This document shows positions 38,655-51,743 of a stretch of DNA of 64,000 bases, in pieces (position 1 is the stretch's first letter; every line of letters starts with the position of its first letter). This DNA is from Octopus sinensis (taxonomy: Eukaryota): positions 89,962,001 to 90,026,000 of the forward strand of contig NC_043003.1 of NCBI RefSeq assembly GCF_006345805.1. Reading direction: 5' to 3'. The translations under genes and the position numbers were made by a program. The notes beneath the pieces are model-generated. The model saw only the letters and a program-made list of their open reading frames with translations, searched no databases and was not told the origin of the DNA.

Positions 38655-40875
38655 TGTCACAGGAGAGAAATGTGTCCGCACACATGATGGTGCACTTGCT
38701 TTTAATGATTCTGAAATGAAAGAGGCTTGGAGAAGTCATTATGAAAAACTGCTGAATGTGGAGAATGAATGGGAGGAGGAGAGCCTGCCAAATGTTGACC
38801 CAGTAGAGGGACCAGCTATCCGAATAGACAGCTCCCTGGTAGATAAAGCAATTAAGGGTATGAAGCCAGGAAAAATCCCCAGCCCATCAGGAATCACTGC
38901 TGAGATGCTTAAAATATCAGGTAGTTCATGATGGAGTTATACCCAATGACTGGTGTCGCAGCACCATAGTCAACTGCTACAAGGGTAAAGGTGATGTTCT
39001 AGATAGAAATAACTACAGGGGTATCAGACTGTTGGATCAGGTGATGAAGGTCATGGAGAGGGTCATAGCCCATCTCATTAGGGAGAGAGTCTGCTTAGAT
39101 GAGATGCAGTTCAGTTTTGTGCCAGGTAGAAGCACCACTGATTCTATATTCCTGGTTCGACAACTGCAGGAGAAATACCTAGCTAAAGATAAACCCCTAT
39201 ACTTAGCTTTTGTGGACTTGGAGAAAGCCTTTGACAGGGTCCTCCGATCCATTATCTGGTGGGCAATGCGGAAACTGGGGATTGACAAATGGTTAATAAG
39301 GGCTGTACAGGCCCTATACAGAGAGGCCTTTAGTAAGGTTACAATTGGCAATGAGTATAGTGAAGAATTCCTGGTCTGGTACAAGTAGGGGTCCACCAAG
39401 GATCAGCCCTCAGTCCCCTTTAATTCATCATAGTCCTCCAGGCAATAACAAAGGAATTCAAGATGGGTTGCCCCTGGGAGCTCCTCTATGCTGATGACCT
39501 GGCCCTCAAAGCAGAATCACTACCAGAACTAGAGAAGAAATTTCAAGTCGGGAAGCAAGGTTTAGAATCAAAAGGCCTTAGAGTCAATATAGCAAAGACC
39601 AAACTTCTAGTAAGTAGGAAGGCGAACTTATCACACATCCCCTCAAGTAGGTGGCCTGCTCAATCTGTAGAAAAGGTGTAGGTAGAAACTCCGTAAGATG
39701 TACCCAGTGTAAGCTATGGACACATAAGAGGTACAGCAACATCAAAGGGAAATTAACTGACAAGATAGCTTTCATGTGCGGCAGATGCACAGGGGCAATA
39801 AACACCACAGATGCTCAGAAAACAGATTCCATCACACTCCAAGGGGAGAAACTAGAAGTAGTTGATAGCTTCCATTACCTAGGTGACCAAGTTAATAGTG
39901 GGGGTGGATGCTCAGAGAGTGTTACCACTAGAATAAGAATAGCCTGGGCAAAGAGTAGAAAGCTTCTACCCCTACTGGTGACAAAGGGTCTCTCGCTTAG
40001 AGTGAAAGGTAGATTGTATGATGCATGTGTGCGAACTGCCATGCTTTATAGCAGTGAAATATGGGCCATGACTGCGGAAAACATGCATAGGCTTGAAAGA
40101 AATGAAGCTAGCATGATCTGCTAGATGTGTAATGTCAGTGCCCATGCATGACAGAGTGTAAGTGCCTTGAGAGAAATGCTGGACATAAGAAGCATCGGAT
40201 GTGGCATGCAAGAGAGATGTTTGTGCTGGTATGGTCATGTACTATGGATGTATGAGGAGGGATGTGTTGAAGGAATCTGGGGTAGAGGTAGACCCAGGAA
40301 GATATGGGATGAGGTGGTGAAGCATGACCTTTGAACATTATGCCTCACAGGCAATGACGAAAGACTGAGATCTCTGGAGATATGCTGTGACTAGTTTGTT
40401 CATGGCTGTATCCTATACCAGTTTCTCATAAACCAGTCCCACCCCATTCAAAAGTAACTTGAATCGTGGGGCGACCAGCTGTACTTGAGGAGACCTATTG
40501 AGTCAAGTACACCAACAATCAAAATGAAAATCAAATGGAAATTGTGGTTGTGATACCCGTGCCGGCAGCATGTAAAAAGCACCATCTGAATGTGGCCGAT
40601 GCCAGCGCCACCTCAACTGGCTTCCATGCCAGTGGCATGTAAAAGACACCAACCAATCGTGGCCACTGCTACCCTCCATTCACCCTGTGCTGGTGGCACG
40701 TAAAAAGCACCCACTACACTCACGGAGTAGTTGGCATTAGGAAGGGCATCCAGCTGTAGAAACTCTGCCAGATCAGACTGGAGCCTGGTGCAGCCTCCTG
40801 GCTTCCCAGGCCCCAGTCGGACCGTCCAATCCATTCTTGCATGGAAAACGGACATTAAACAATGATGACGATGAT
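38655..40875 (+). mobile_element. 5'-truncated RTE-clade LINE (RT, Cys-rich insert, 3' UTR, (GAT)n tail)
   Basis: ORF fragments 38716-38931, 39032-39388 (FVDLEKAFDRV), 39463-39681 (LLYADDLAL) and 39651-40124 (CSIC...CTQC...H...CGRC, FHYLG, YSSEIW); frameshifted. Confidence 0.92.
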
Positions 40876-41626
40876 GTTTTCATAGAAGAGTAGAACTGCA
40901 TAACACTGGTTGTATGATGGTGCTACTCATTTACATGTAACATTACAAAGTCTTGTCTTAATATTGTCAAGACAAGGAGGGACACATATGTACCACAGGT
41001 TTGTTAGTGTCCATATATGAAATTAGCACACACTGTTTTGGTTGGCCCATGTTTATAGTAGAGGACAGATGCACAAGCTACCATGTAATGAGACTAAACA
41101 TCATCATCATCATTTAACATCCACTTTCCATGCTGGCATGGGTTGGATAGTTGGCCAGGATCCAGCAAACTGCAAGACCACATTGTGCTTGTGTCAATTT
41201 TGTCATGGTTTCTATGGCTGGACGCCTATCCTAATGCCAACCACTTTACAGCATATATTGGGTGCTTTTTTGTCATGGCATCAGCACTAGTGAGATCATC
41301 AAGCAGCTCATGAGTCTAACCTCACTTTTAAATGAGAGGAAGTAGAGCAAAAGGTGATTTTATGCTTAAAGACTAGAGGTTATATATAAAATAAAAATGA
41401 AGAAATTCTTGCAATGCGAATAAATGAGCCTTACAATATGGAGTGGCTGTTTTGGCATTTCTTTCTCACCATTTTATTGGGTAATGCATTTTCCATTTTA
41501 TCAGACATGGCTACAAAGCATTTGCATGACTCATTCTAATATATTTCTTAATAAATCCAAGAATTACACTTATTCTTTATATTCTTATCTGGCATTTAAC
41601 ATCAACACTTTCTATTTTCATTGTAG

Positions 41627-41754
41627 CTACATTGGAAAATAATGCCCAGAATATAGAGAAGGGACAAGCTGAAGGCTTTATTTTAGAATGTTACAAAAGA
41701 GAAAACTATTGTGAATGTTATACTGTATCATCTGTTAAAAGAATCTGTGATAAG
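41627..41754 (+). CDS. DLG5: DLG5-like, exon m (GK)
   Basis: ttgtAG acceptor, AAG|GTATGT donor; TTLENNAQNIEKGQAEGFILECYKRENYCECYTVSSVKRICDK. Confidence 0.9.
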
Positions 41755-42075
41755 GTATGTCTATTCTTCAAAACACTATTGACAAGTCTTCTCCTTTGTA
41801 TGGGACTATGACAATGGAGCATTAATCTCGTATAGCAATTGTTAAATGTTCAACTTATTGTATTAGTCTCATATAACTGGTCGATTTAATATTGTGACAG
41901 TTGTCACTTTGTTTCAGTTGTTAGATTTTGTCCTTGAATACACTCTCATTAACTTTGTTTTTTTTCATAGCTGGTTTATAAATCAGTTTAATGTTCTATT
42001 TTTGTTGTTGTTGTTGTTCTTCTTCTTCTTCTTCTTCTCCTCCTCCTTCTCCTCCTCCTCCTTAAGAAGAAAAAT

Positions 42076-42786
42076 AGCAAGCTGGCAGAATTGTTAGTAG
42101 TATTTCGTCTGTTGCTATGTTCTGAGTGCAAATTCTGCTGAGGTCAACTTTGCTTTTCATCCTTTCAAGGTTGATAAAATAAGAACCAGTCAAGTGCTGG
42201 GGTCAATGAAATAAGTACCAGTCAAGTGCTGGGGTTGATGTAACTGACCGAGTCCCCTCCCCTAAAATTTCAAGCCTTGTGCCTTTAGTAAATTGCTGGC
42301 CTTATGCCAAAATTTCAAATCATTATTATTATAGACAGCCGAATTATTAGCACAGCAAAATACTTGGTAGCCTTTCATCGTTTTGGGAGCAATAAACTAA
42401 GTATCAGTCGAGCACAGTCATTGTAATTTCGTAGCACCCTCCCCCAAAATTTCAGGCTTTATGTCTGTAGTAGAAAGAATTAATATTAACAATGATTTTT
42501 ATTATTATTACGTTTAAATATTTGTTGTGCAAGATTTATTATTATTATTATTAAGGCAGTGAGCTGGCAGAATCGTTAGCACACTGGATGAAATGCTTAG
42601 CAGTATTTCGCCCATTGCTGCATTCTGAGTTCAAATTCCACCGAGGTTGACTTTGCCTTTCATTGTTTTGGGCCGATAAATTAAGTACCAGTGAAATACT
42701 AGGGTTAATGTAATCAACTCATCCCCTCCCTAAAATGGCTGCCCTTGAAGTAAAATTTGAAACTATTATTATTATTATTATTATTG

Positions 42787-42827
<41 letters not shown>

Positions 42828-43260
42828 CATTATTATTATCATCATTATTATTGTTATCATCATTATTAAGGCAGTAAGCTGGCAGAATCATTGGCACGCT
42901 GGGTGAAATGCTTAGTGGTATTTCATCTTCCGCTATGTTCTGAGTTCTAATTCTGTCAAGGTCACCTTTACCTTCCGTCCTTTTGAGGTCAATAACTTAA
43001 GTACCAGTGAAACACTGGGGTCGATGTGCCTTTAGTAGAAATGGTTATTAGTATTATTACTATTATTATTATATAAGGTGGCATGTTGGCAGAATTTCTT
43101 TCAACTCGTTACATTCTGACTTCAAATGCCACCAAGGTCAACTTCACCTTTCATCATTTAGAAGTTGATAAAATAAAGCACCAATGAAGTACTGGTTGTT
43201 GTTATCAGCTATCCCCCTCCCCCCAGAACTGCTGGCCTTGTGCCATAACTAAAAAGAACT
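42076..43260 (+). mobile_element. Tandem cluster of ~5 tRNA-derived SINE family B copies separated by (ATT)n; dispersed copies ~18050, 23925, 29395, 30355, 31280, 33150, 38212, 47930, 58598, 63620
   Basis: Repeated GAGCTGGCAGAATCGTTAGCA...GAGTTCAAATTCC...GACTTTGCCTTTCATCCTTT.GGGGT.GATAAA.TAAGTACCAGT. Confidence 0.85.
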
Positions 43261-43507
43261 GTTGTTGTTATCTGATAAAATTAGTAGAAGTTAGATACCA
43301 AAGGTCTCTTTTATCAATTGAACCTTGCATCTACAAATATAATTTTTTTACCTATTTTAAAAATCCTTGTTTTTATCTCCTCAGTGCAGGCATGGTTGTG
43401 TGGTCTAAGAAGTTCACTTTCCAACTACATGTAGGCAATACTCTATGTGGGTCTTAGTTGATCTTTGAAGAACTAATCAGTATTTGAAATATTTTCTTAC
43501 ACAAAAG

Positions 43508-44094
43508 AGAATTGTAATGTTATTATCAGTCCAAATATGTTTGAGGCACATTTGAACTGGTGAACAAGCTTCTCACTGCATTTTGTCATGGAAACTATAT
43601 CATGTTTGTTGACAAACGGTGTGTATACACCTATATCAGCTCGCAACACTGTCTACCCAAACCATGAGATGCAAGCATTTTGGAGTAGTTATCTCCTCTT
43701 CGGTCACAGACACCAAGCTGTGAGCTGATTAAAGAGGCTAATTCTTTTATGCTTTTCCAGTTGCCATATGGTAACTGGCAGCGCTGTGTGGTGGCTCACC
43801 ATGAGTAAATTATGGAGTGGGAGTGCTAAGCAAGGATAAGTAAAATTGTTATGTTATTATCAGCCTAAATATGCTTGAGGCATGTTCGAACCAGTGAACA
43901 AGTTGCTGTTTTGTCACAGAAAATATATCCTGTTTGTTGACAAATGATGTAGACACCATTTGTCAACAAACAGGATATATTTTCTGTGACAAAATGCAGT
44001 GAGTAGCTTGTTCCTTGGTTCAAATATGCCTCAGGCATATTTGGATTGATAATAACATTACAATTTTACTTTTCACTGCTTAGAGCTCACCCTC
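43508..44094. repeat. Direct repeat plus 280-bp palindrome
   Basis: 43508-43631 is repeated at ~43843-43955; 43814-44094 is an imperfect palindrome centred near 43951. Confidence 0.8.
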
Positions 44095-44351
44095 TGTAAC
44101 AAAGGAAAATGTCTAGTCATTTAGATATCATTTTGGCAATCTTGTGTATATGTAAGGTTGCCATGAGAAATCGTCAGAAATTTTGAGACCAAATGTTTGT
44201 AGTAACTTTGAAGACTTTACTTGAGTGTTGTTCATGAAAGGGTCAGGTACCACTTCTCAGTAAGTCTACCATAGAATTTCCTTCCCATTTGAGTCTACGA
44301 TTTTGTTGTCATCTACCAACAGTGATGCATGTTATTGTTTTCCTTTGCTAG

Positions 44352-44461
44352 AATTGCCATTGTTTGCTGAATGTAAGTCCAGAAGCTATTGACCGGCTTC
44401 ACCGGCAGCAAATATTCCCAATTGTTTTGTTAGTAAAACAGAAAACACCCAAGCAAATAAG
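44352..44461 (+). CDS. DLG5: DLG5-like, exon n (GK)
   Basis: gctAG acceptor, AG|GTATGT donor; NCHCLLNVSPEAIDRLHRQQIFPIVLLVKQKTPKQI(R) (HCLL...AI.RL...PIV GK signature). Confidence 0.94.
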
Positions 44462-44744
44462 GTATGTTTGTATTCTTCACTTGGTAATTTTTAAAAAATA
44501 TCAATTCAGCTCTTTTGATATTAACTCACCTGAGATCATCTGTGGTTCTATGATTAATTCTTTTTGTTTAAAGTGATCTATATTTAAAATTTTCCTCAAA
44601 ATTTCATGTTAATTTATGTCCCAAACACCAGCTTAATAATGAGTTATTTTACTAAATTCTTCATTATTTTCAAAATCAATTGAAACAAAGGCATTGTATA
44701 TCAGTACAAATATGGTAACAAAAGAGTTAAAATTTTGCTTTCAA

Positions 44745-46374
44745 TGAATCATTCTCAAGAAACCAGAATTTTGCAATATTATTTTATTCACTTACTTTTA
44801 CATGTTTATCACCTTCAAAGCATTCTCCATTTGAAGCAATGCATCAGCCCAGACACATTTTCTACTGTTTGAAGTAGTCCAAGAACTCTTGCGTAGTGAT
44901 GCCTTTTAACACCTCCATTGAATTTCTTTCCTTCACCTCTTCCACATCATCATCATCATCATCCGTTTTCCATGCTAGCATAGGTTGGACGGTTCTACTG
45001 GGGTCTGTGAAGCCAGAAGGCTTCATCAGGCCCAGTCAAATCTGGCAGTGTTTCTACGGTTGGATGCCCTTCCTAACGCCAACCACTCCGTGAGTGTAGT
45101 GGGTGCTTTTTACGTGCCACCCGCACTGGTGCCAGACAGAGCTGGCAAACGGCCACAAACGGATGGTGCTTTTTATGTGCCACCGGCACGAGGCCAGTCA
45201 GGGCGGCTCTGGCTACGGTCGCGAAACGGAAGGTTCTCTTACATGCCACCGGCACTGGTAACACATCTGCAATTTCCTTACTCTTAAGGACTTTTTTCAT
45301 TCAGGGGAACAAAAAAAGTCACAGGAAGGAAGATTAGGTGAATATGGAGTGTGGGTAAGCGGTGTCATGCCATTTTTGGTCAAAAACTGTCTCACACTCA
45401 AGATGCTGTGTGCAAGCACATTATCATGACGCAACCACCACTCTCCACTTTGTCACAGGTTGTGGCATTTTCCTGTCACCGCGTCTCGCAAACACTTCAG
45501 AACTTCCACGTAAAATGTTTGGTTAATAGTTTGACTGGGAGGAACAAATTCTGTGTGGACAATCCCTTTCACATCGATGAAACAAATCAGCATCGTCTTG
45601 GCATTGGACTTCACTTGATGCACTTTTTTGGGGCGTGGTTTCATTGAATGCTTCCATTGATTTAATTACTGCTTTGTTTTCAGGCCATAGCACCAGCTTT
45701 CCTCATCAGTGATGACCTTCAAAAAAGGGTCTAGATCAACTTCCAACTATTCTTTCAGTTTATGTTGTGCATTCAAATGTGACTGCTCTTGATTTTCCAT
45801 GAGCAAGCGGGGCACAAATTCTGCTGCAATTTTCTTTTCATACCCATTTCCCTGCTCAAAATTTGTTGGCAGGACCTCCAGAATACACCAATCATATCAA
45901 AAAGTTTGTCAGTTGTTTGGCAATGGTCCTCCAAGATCAGTTCATGAATTTTCATGATGTTTTCATTCATTTGGGTGGTTGACAGTCACCCTGAACAAGG
46001 TTGGTCTTAAAGCAACAAGTAACCATTCCTAAAGCATGGAAACCACTCTTAAACTTGTGTTTTGCTCATGACAGCATCCTTGTAAGTTGCCTGAAGCATG
46101 ACAACAGTTTCGGCCACCGTTTTCCCCAGCAGAAAACAGAATTTCAAAGAAGCACACTGTTCCTTCATTTCAGCTATTGCAAAAATTGATGAACTGGGGA
46201 GAAGCACTGCAAGACAATGATGCACCATGTGGCAGCACAACCATACTTGATAACACTGGTCAGCAGACTGATGCCTGAGGGTTGCATCAGGTGGTTTCTA
46301 GTAACAGAAGTCTGAATTACAACTAGCTTACCCCGCAGAGAATGTTTCCAATTACTTTGGGGTATCCCCTTGTA
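44745..46374 (-). mobile_element. Decayed mariner (Tc1/mariner) transposon
   Basis: EQCASLKFCFLLGKTVAETVVML (N-terminal HTH) and PRPKKVHQVKSNAKTMLICFIDVKGIVHTEFVPPSQTINQTFYVEVL. The TIR-like end reads TACAAGGGGATACCCCAAAG on the minus strand from 46374. Interrupted by an RTE 3' fragment at 44945-45280. Confidence 0.87.
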
Positions 46375-47282
46375 AATGCCTCTAACTTTTCTAGATGGGA
46401 CAGATCGATGTGGTTGATGTTCACCTTTAACATCTATAGATCAACACAGATAGAAGAGGAATACTAAAGAGTTACATGTCTGAAGAAGAAGCTCACTGTT
46501 GTCAGGTTAGATATGGTAGGAGAGACAGAGTTAGGATGATGAAAGGAGAATTGGGAGCACTTAGTGGAAATAGTTTTCAAGAAACTAGTTCTTAGGAATA
46601 GAAACTAAAATGCTACAGTATGTCATTAATCTCAATATTACTTGAAGCAAAGGCAGTGCATTTGAACAGAAATATAGTAAAAAAAAAGAGTTAATAATCT
46701 TGTAGCCTCAATATGTGACTCCATTGCAACATACATAAGTATATTCACTGATACATAGATGTACACATGTAGAGATATTGTTGTAGCAATACAGATTATG
46801 GGACTGCAGAATGTTCTGTTCAAAGAAACAATACAAATGTCAGCAGTAAGGCTTGTAATTACAATCATGTAGAAAGTAGGCCAGGATCTTCCTTTCAACC
46901 TGGGATGCCATTTTCATTCACAGGTTGACAGAAAATTAATTTGCCTCTTGTCCCTGTATGCAGTTGCTAGCAAATTCCTTTCTGCTGTTGAATTATTTCA
47001 CCTGTTTTTTTTTTATATCCAGCAGCATCTTTTCCCTACTTGCGACTACTGTAGCACATATGTTGCCACAGCTTCTAAATCAACCACATGTTTGACTGAA
47101 GTGAAAAATCAGTCAAAAAATAATGTCCTTTTTCCTCATATGAATATTGAACCCACAGCAGTACTCAGTTCTGGTTTCATAAATCTTCTAAACTTTGAAG
47201 TCTTTTATTGTTTTATTTACATTCTGTATAATGATTATATTCGTGTATGTGTGTAATGTATGTGTATATGTTTCTTTTACAG

Positions 47283-47392
47283 AGAAGTTCGAGATGTCCA
47301 GTTTTGGACAGAAAAAATTAGTAACAAAAATTCAAAAGAACGTTTTGAACAATTCCAAAAAATAGAACATGATTACCGGCATTTTATAACAG
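47283..47392 (+). CDS. DLG5: DLG5-like, exon o (GK, penultimate coding exon)
   Basis: tttacAG acceptor, G|GTGAGA donor; EVRDVQFWTEKISNKNSKERFEQFQKIEHDYRHFIT. No stop codon reached. Confidence 0.92.
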
Positions 47393-48188
47393 GTGAGACT
47401 CCATCATTACTTCTTTAACATAATTCCTTTTCTGTCTCCCATATATGATTTGAAAATCTGTTTTAAAAAAAAACAAACATTGTAGATATAGTTGTATATC
47501 TCATATCTTACACCTATATTATCAAAGTTTCAATTATTTGACTGTAGCCATATTGCCCTTAAAAGTTTAGTTGGTTATGTTATTCCCTATACCTATTTCA
47601 TACAGTCTCATACTTATCTGTTGAACCACTAATTATGGGACAAGTTGGTGGAAACACATACATATAGCCATATGTATCTATGTATGATATGTATATATTT
47701 ATGTAGGTGTGTGTATTAAACTTTTACAAGGAAAAGATTGGCAATGACTTCAAAAATAATTTTGGCTTGCTCCTTCATCAGACTCTACATGCACTCTACA
47801 AAATATATTGAGTACTCTTTCAGTTTGATACTAAATTGTTTTTATAAAGAACTTGATATAAAGCAAACAACATATAAGAAACTAAATTTTGTTGTAGTGA
47901 TTGTTATACTATTATTCTTGCTATTATTGGCAGGGACACAATGACGAAATCACTGCTGCTGGTGTCAACTTCGACTTTCATCCTTTCACAGTCAATAAAA
48001 TAAGTACTAGTTGCATTACGGGGTTGATATGATTGACTATCCTATTCCCCAAAATTTCAAGCCTTGTGCCTATAGTAGAAAGGATTATAACGAGAGAGAA
48101 GATATTTTCTAAAAATAAACATGTGCCAGCATAGTTCTGTGCATGTCATATATATATATATATATATATATACATATTTATATGTATG

Positions 48189-48221
<33 letters not shown>

Positions 48222-49184
48222 ATATATATATATGTATATATATATGTATATATATAATATCCACATATACATATAAAACTGCACAGGGTTACCTAACAAT
48301 TTTTCTACATTTTCCCTTGTTTCTCTTTGGACTTTCTGCTCTCCGACGAATATCTATGCTTAAAATGTTAACACATCTCTCCTTTCACTCAGCGTTAAAT
48401 TCATGTATTGCTTGTGCACATCTTCATGTTCCTTTTTTTTATTTATTTCAATTATGTGTTCTTTGAATTGACTATTCAGTCTACTTATGCGTGCCTTTCC
48501 TTCATTGGACACTAAACTCTGCTTGCGAAGACTTGTTGAGGGAAATGAATCGGAATCAAAATCGATGACTGGCACCCATGCTAGTGGAGCGCTAACAGTA
48601 CCATACAAGTGAGATTGTTGCCAGAGCAACAAGCTGCCCTCCATGCCGATGGCACATTAAAAATCACCATTTGAGCGTGATCGTTCCTGCGTCGCCTTAC
48701 TAGCACCTGTGCTGGTGGCACATGAAAAACATTCCAAGCAAGGTCATTGCCAGTGCCACTGGACTGGCTCCTGTGCAGGTGGCACATAAGAAGCACCATA
48801 TGCGTGTAGCCGTTAGCGGTACTGCATGACTGGCCCTCATGCCAGTGGTACATAAAATCACATACTACACTCTCGGAGTGGTTGGCATTAGGAAGGGCAT
48901 CCAGCTGTAGAAACTCTGCCAGATCAGATTGGAGTCTGGTGCAGCCATCTGGTTCGCCAGACCTCAGTCAAATCGTCCACCTCATGCTAACATGGAAAGC
49001 GGACGTTAAACGATGATGATGTATATATATATGTAAATGTATGTATATATATGTAAATATATGTGTATATGTGTATGTATATGTGTATATATATATATAG
49101 GTATGTATATATATATATATGTATATGTGTATATATATATATAGGTATGTATATATGTATATGTGTATATATATGTATATATGT

Positions 49185-49229
<45 letters not shown>

Positions 49230-49442
49230 TCCTTTTCCTTTTCCTTGTTTCAGTCATTTTGACTGCGGCCATGCTGGAGCACCGCCTTTTTTAGTCGAGC
49301 AAATCGACCCCGGGACTTATTCTTTTGGTAAGCCCAGTACTTATTCTATCGGTCTCTTTTGCCGAACCGCTAAGTAACGGGAACGTAAACACACCAGCAT
49401 CGGTTGTCAAGCAATGCTAAGAGGACAGACACAGACACACAA

Positions 49443-49477
<35 letters not shown>

Positions 49478-49886
49478 CATATATACGACGGGATTCTTTC
49501 AGTTTCCGTCTACCAAATCCTCTCACAAGGCATTGGTCGGCCCGGGGCTATAGCAGAAGACACTTGCCCAAGGTGCCACGCAGTGGGACTGAACCCGGAA
49601 CCATGTGGTTGGTATGTATATATATATGTATATATATATGTGTGTATATATATAATTCAGCAGGACTTAAACGACATGCAAAGGTACATGAAGCCCAGTT
49701 GCAACTACAGCCGGCTATTACCAGTAAAGGTTTTAGGTGACAGTTTTGTACAAGACATTGTAGATCTTTAGCTGGGCTAAAAAGTCAAATTCGATCACAG
49801 CACCAGTAACAGTTAAGCTTCGTGCAATGGCCATACTCGATAACGAGGGGGCAGCCATAATGTATGTATGTCTATATATATATATG

Positions 49887-49951
<65 letters not shown>

Positions 49952-50301
49952 AGTATATGTATATATATATGTATATGTATATATATTATATGTATATATA
50001 TATGTATGTATATGTATATATATATTATATGTATGTATATGTATATATTTATATGTATGTATATGTATATATATTTATATGTATGTATATATATATTTAT
50101 ATGTATGTATATGTATATATATATTTATATGTATGTATATGTATATATATTTATATGTATGTATATGTATATATATATATATGTATGTATATGTATATAT
50201 ATTTATATGTATGTATATGTATATATATTTATATGTATGTATATGTATATATATTTATATGTATGTATATATATATATATATGTGTATATATATGTATAT
50301 G

Positions 50302-50333
<32 letters not shown>

Positions 50334-50353
50334 CTTTATTTAAAGCAGCAGAA

Positions 50354-50510
50354 AATTCAACAAAACCTGTTACTCTGAGTTTCCCGTTGCCATTCATTGG
50401 ACAGTTTTTGCTAGCAAATTTACTACCTGCGGATAAAAGTTAATTAGTTAGGACAGTTTTTGTCCGATGAACGGCAACGGGAAACTCAGAGTAACAGGTT
50501 TTGTTGAATT
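50354..50510. repeat. Inverted-repeat element with a hammerhead-like motif in each arm
   Basis: 50-bp inverted arms 50354-50403 / 50461-50510; TGT-CCGATGA-ACG-GCAA-CGG-GAAA-CTCAGAG-TA-ACA. Confidence 0.7.
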
Positions 50511-51743
50511 ACTCTACCACTGGTATTTGAGTACTCTTTTTTCCACCTTGTTTCACATTTATGTGTTTACTCTGGTATATATATATATATGTATGTATAT
50601 GTATATATACATGTATATGTATATATACATGTATATATATGTATATGAATCCTATGTCCCTAAAGAAACTATTCAGTTCACCTTGATTATCTCACTTCCA
50701 TTTCTTAATATATAATTAGTCTAAGATATCTTTACAAAATATATTTAACCAAATAGGAATGAATATACCATACCGGTTTTAGTTTAACAGCCATAAATGT
50801 TAAAAAACTTCATTGCAAACTTAGAATTAAATTCTTCTTTTTTATAATATTCTCCAATACTAAGTAGTATTAATCCTATGTCCCTAGGGAAGCTATTTGG
50901 TTCATCTTGATTATCTTACTCCCATTTCTTAATATATAATTAACCTAAGATATTTTTACCTAACTAATTAACTTTTATCCACAGGTAGTAAATTTTATTC
51001 CCATTAGATCCTATATTTTAATTCATTAATATCAACTCACTATCCATGGAATTTGAATAATTTACTCTTTTAAATTACCTCTCTTCTTATTATAAAATAT
51101 CGCCTTCTACTAAACCTATGAATATCTTCCTTCTTTGATTTTCCCTCTGCCATCTTTCTTAGTATATATTTTGACCCCTAATATGTTCACTTGATTAATA
51201 AGGCTTTTTCCCCCAGTTAATAAGTACTATGCCTACTCATAATAAGTGATTGTCTCTTTCTCCAAACTTGAATAAATTTTAGATTTATATTTTTTCCTTT
51301 ATTCTAAGGTGTCAAAATACTTGGAACTTATAGACCAACTGTTGTGATGATGTGCATAGGGTTTGTAAGGTCTCTGCATTCTCTGTGAATGTTATTGTGA
51401 CCATTTGACATTGACCTAGTTCTCCTAATCTGTTCATCAAATAGTAGTAGTTGGCATTTAGTTGTGACACTGCTGTCTTCTACATAAATTCCTTATATGG
51501 AGCTATGACATCCCCTTTACCCCATTTCTATAATTAGAAAATCTTTATTGTCTCCTTTCATTTGTTCTTCCCTCTCAGAACATTACAGTAGTCTGGAACA
51601 ACTAAATCTTAGTCAGTCAGTTGATGGGCTCCACTACCTCAAATGTTCTTACAATTTAAGTCCACATCTTTGTCTATGTATCTACCTTCTCTATAATGTT
51701 GCCACTTGATACGAAAATTTTTGTATTAATGGAAAACCTCTAT

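Noticed and set aside
39487-39500. CTGATGA here and at 15753
   Set aside because: It is simply the codons of the RT YADD motif, with no downstream stem II/GAAA.
45005-45035. CTGATGA-AGCC-TTCT-GGCT on the minus strand as a hammerhead
   Set aside because: No GAAA follows, and other copies of this repeat read CTGGTGCAGCC, so it is a chance mutation.
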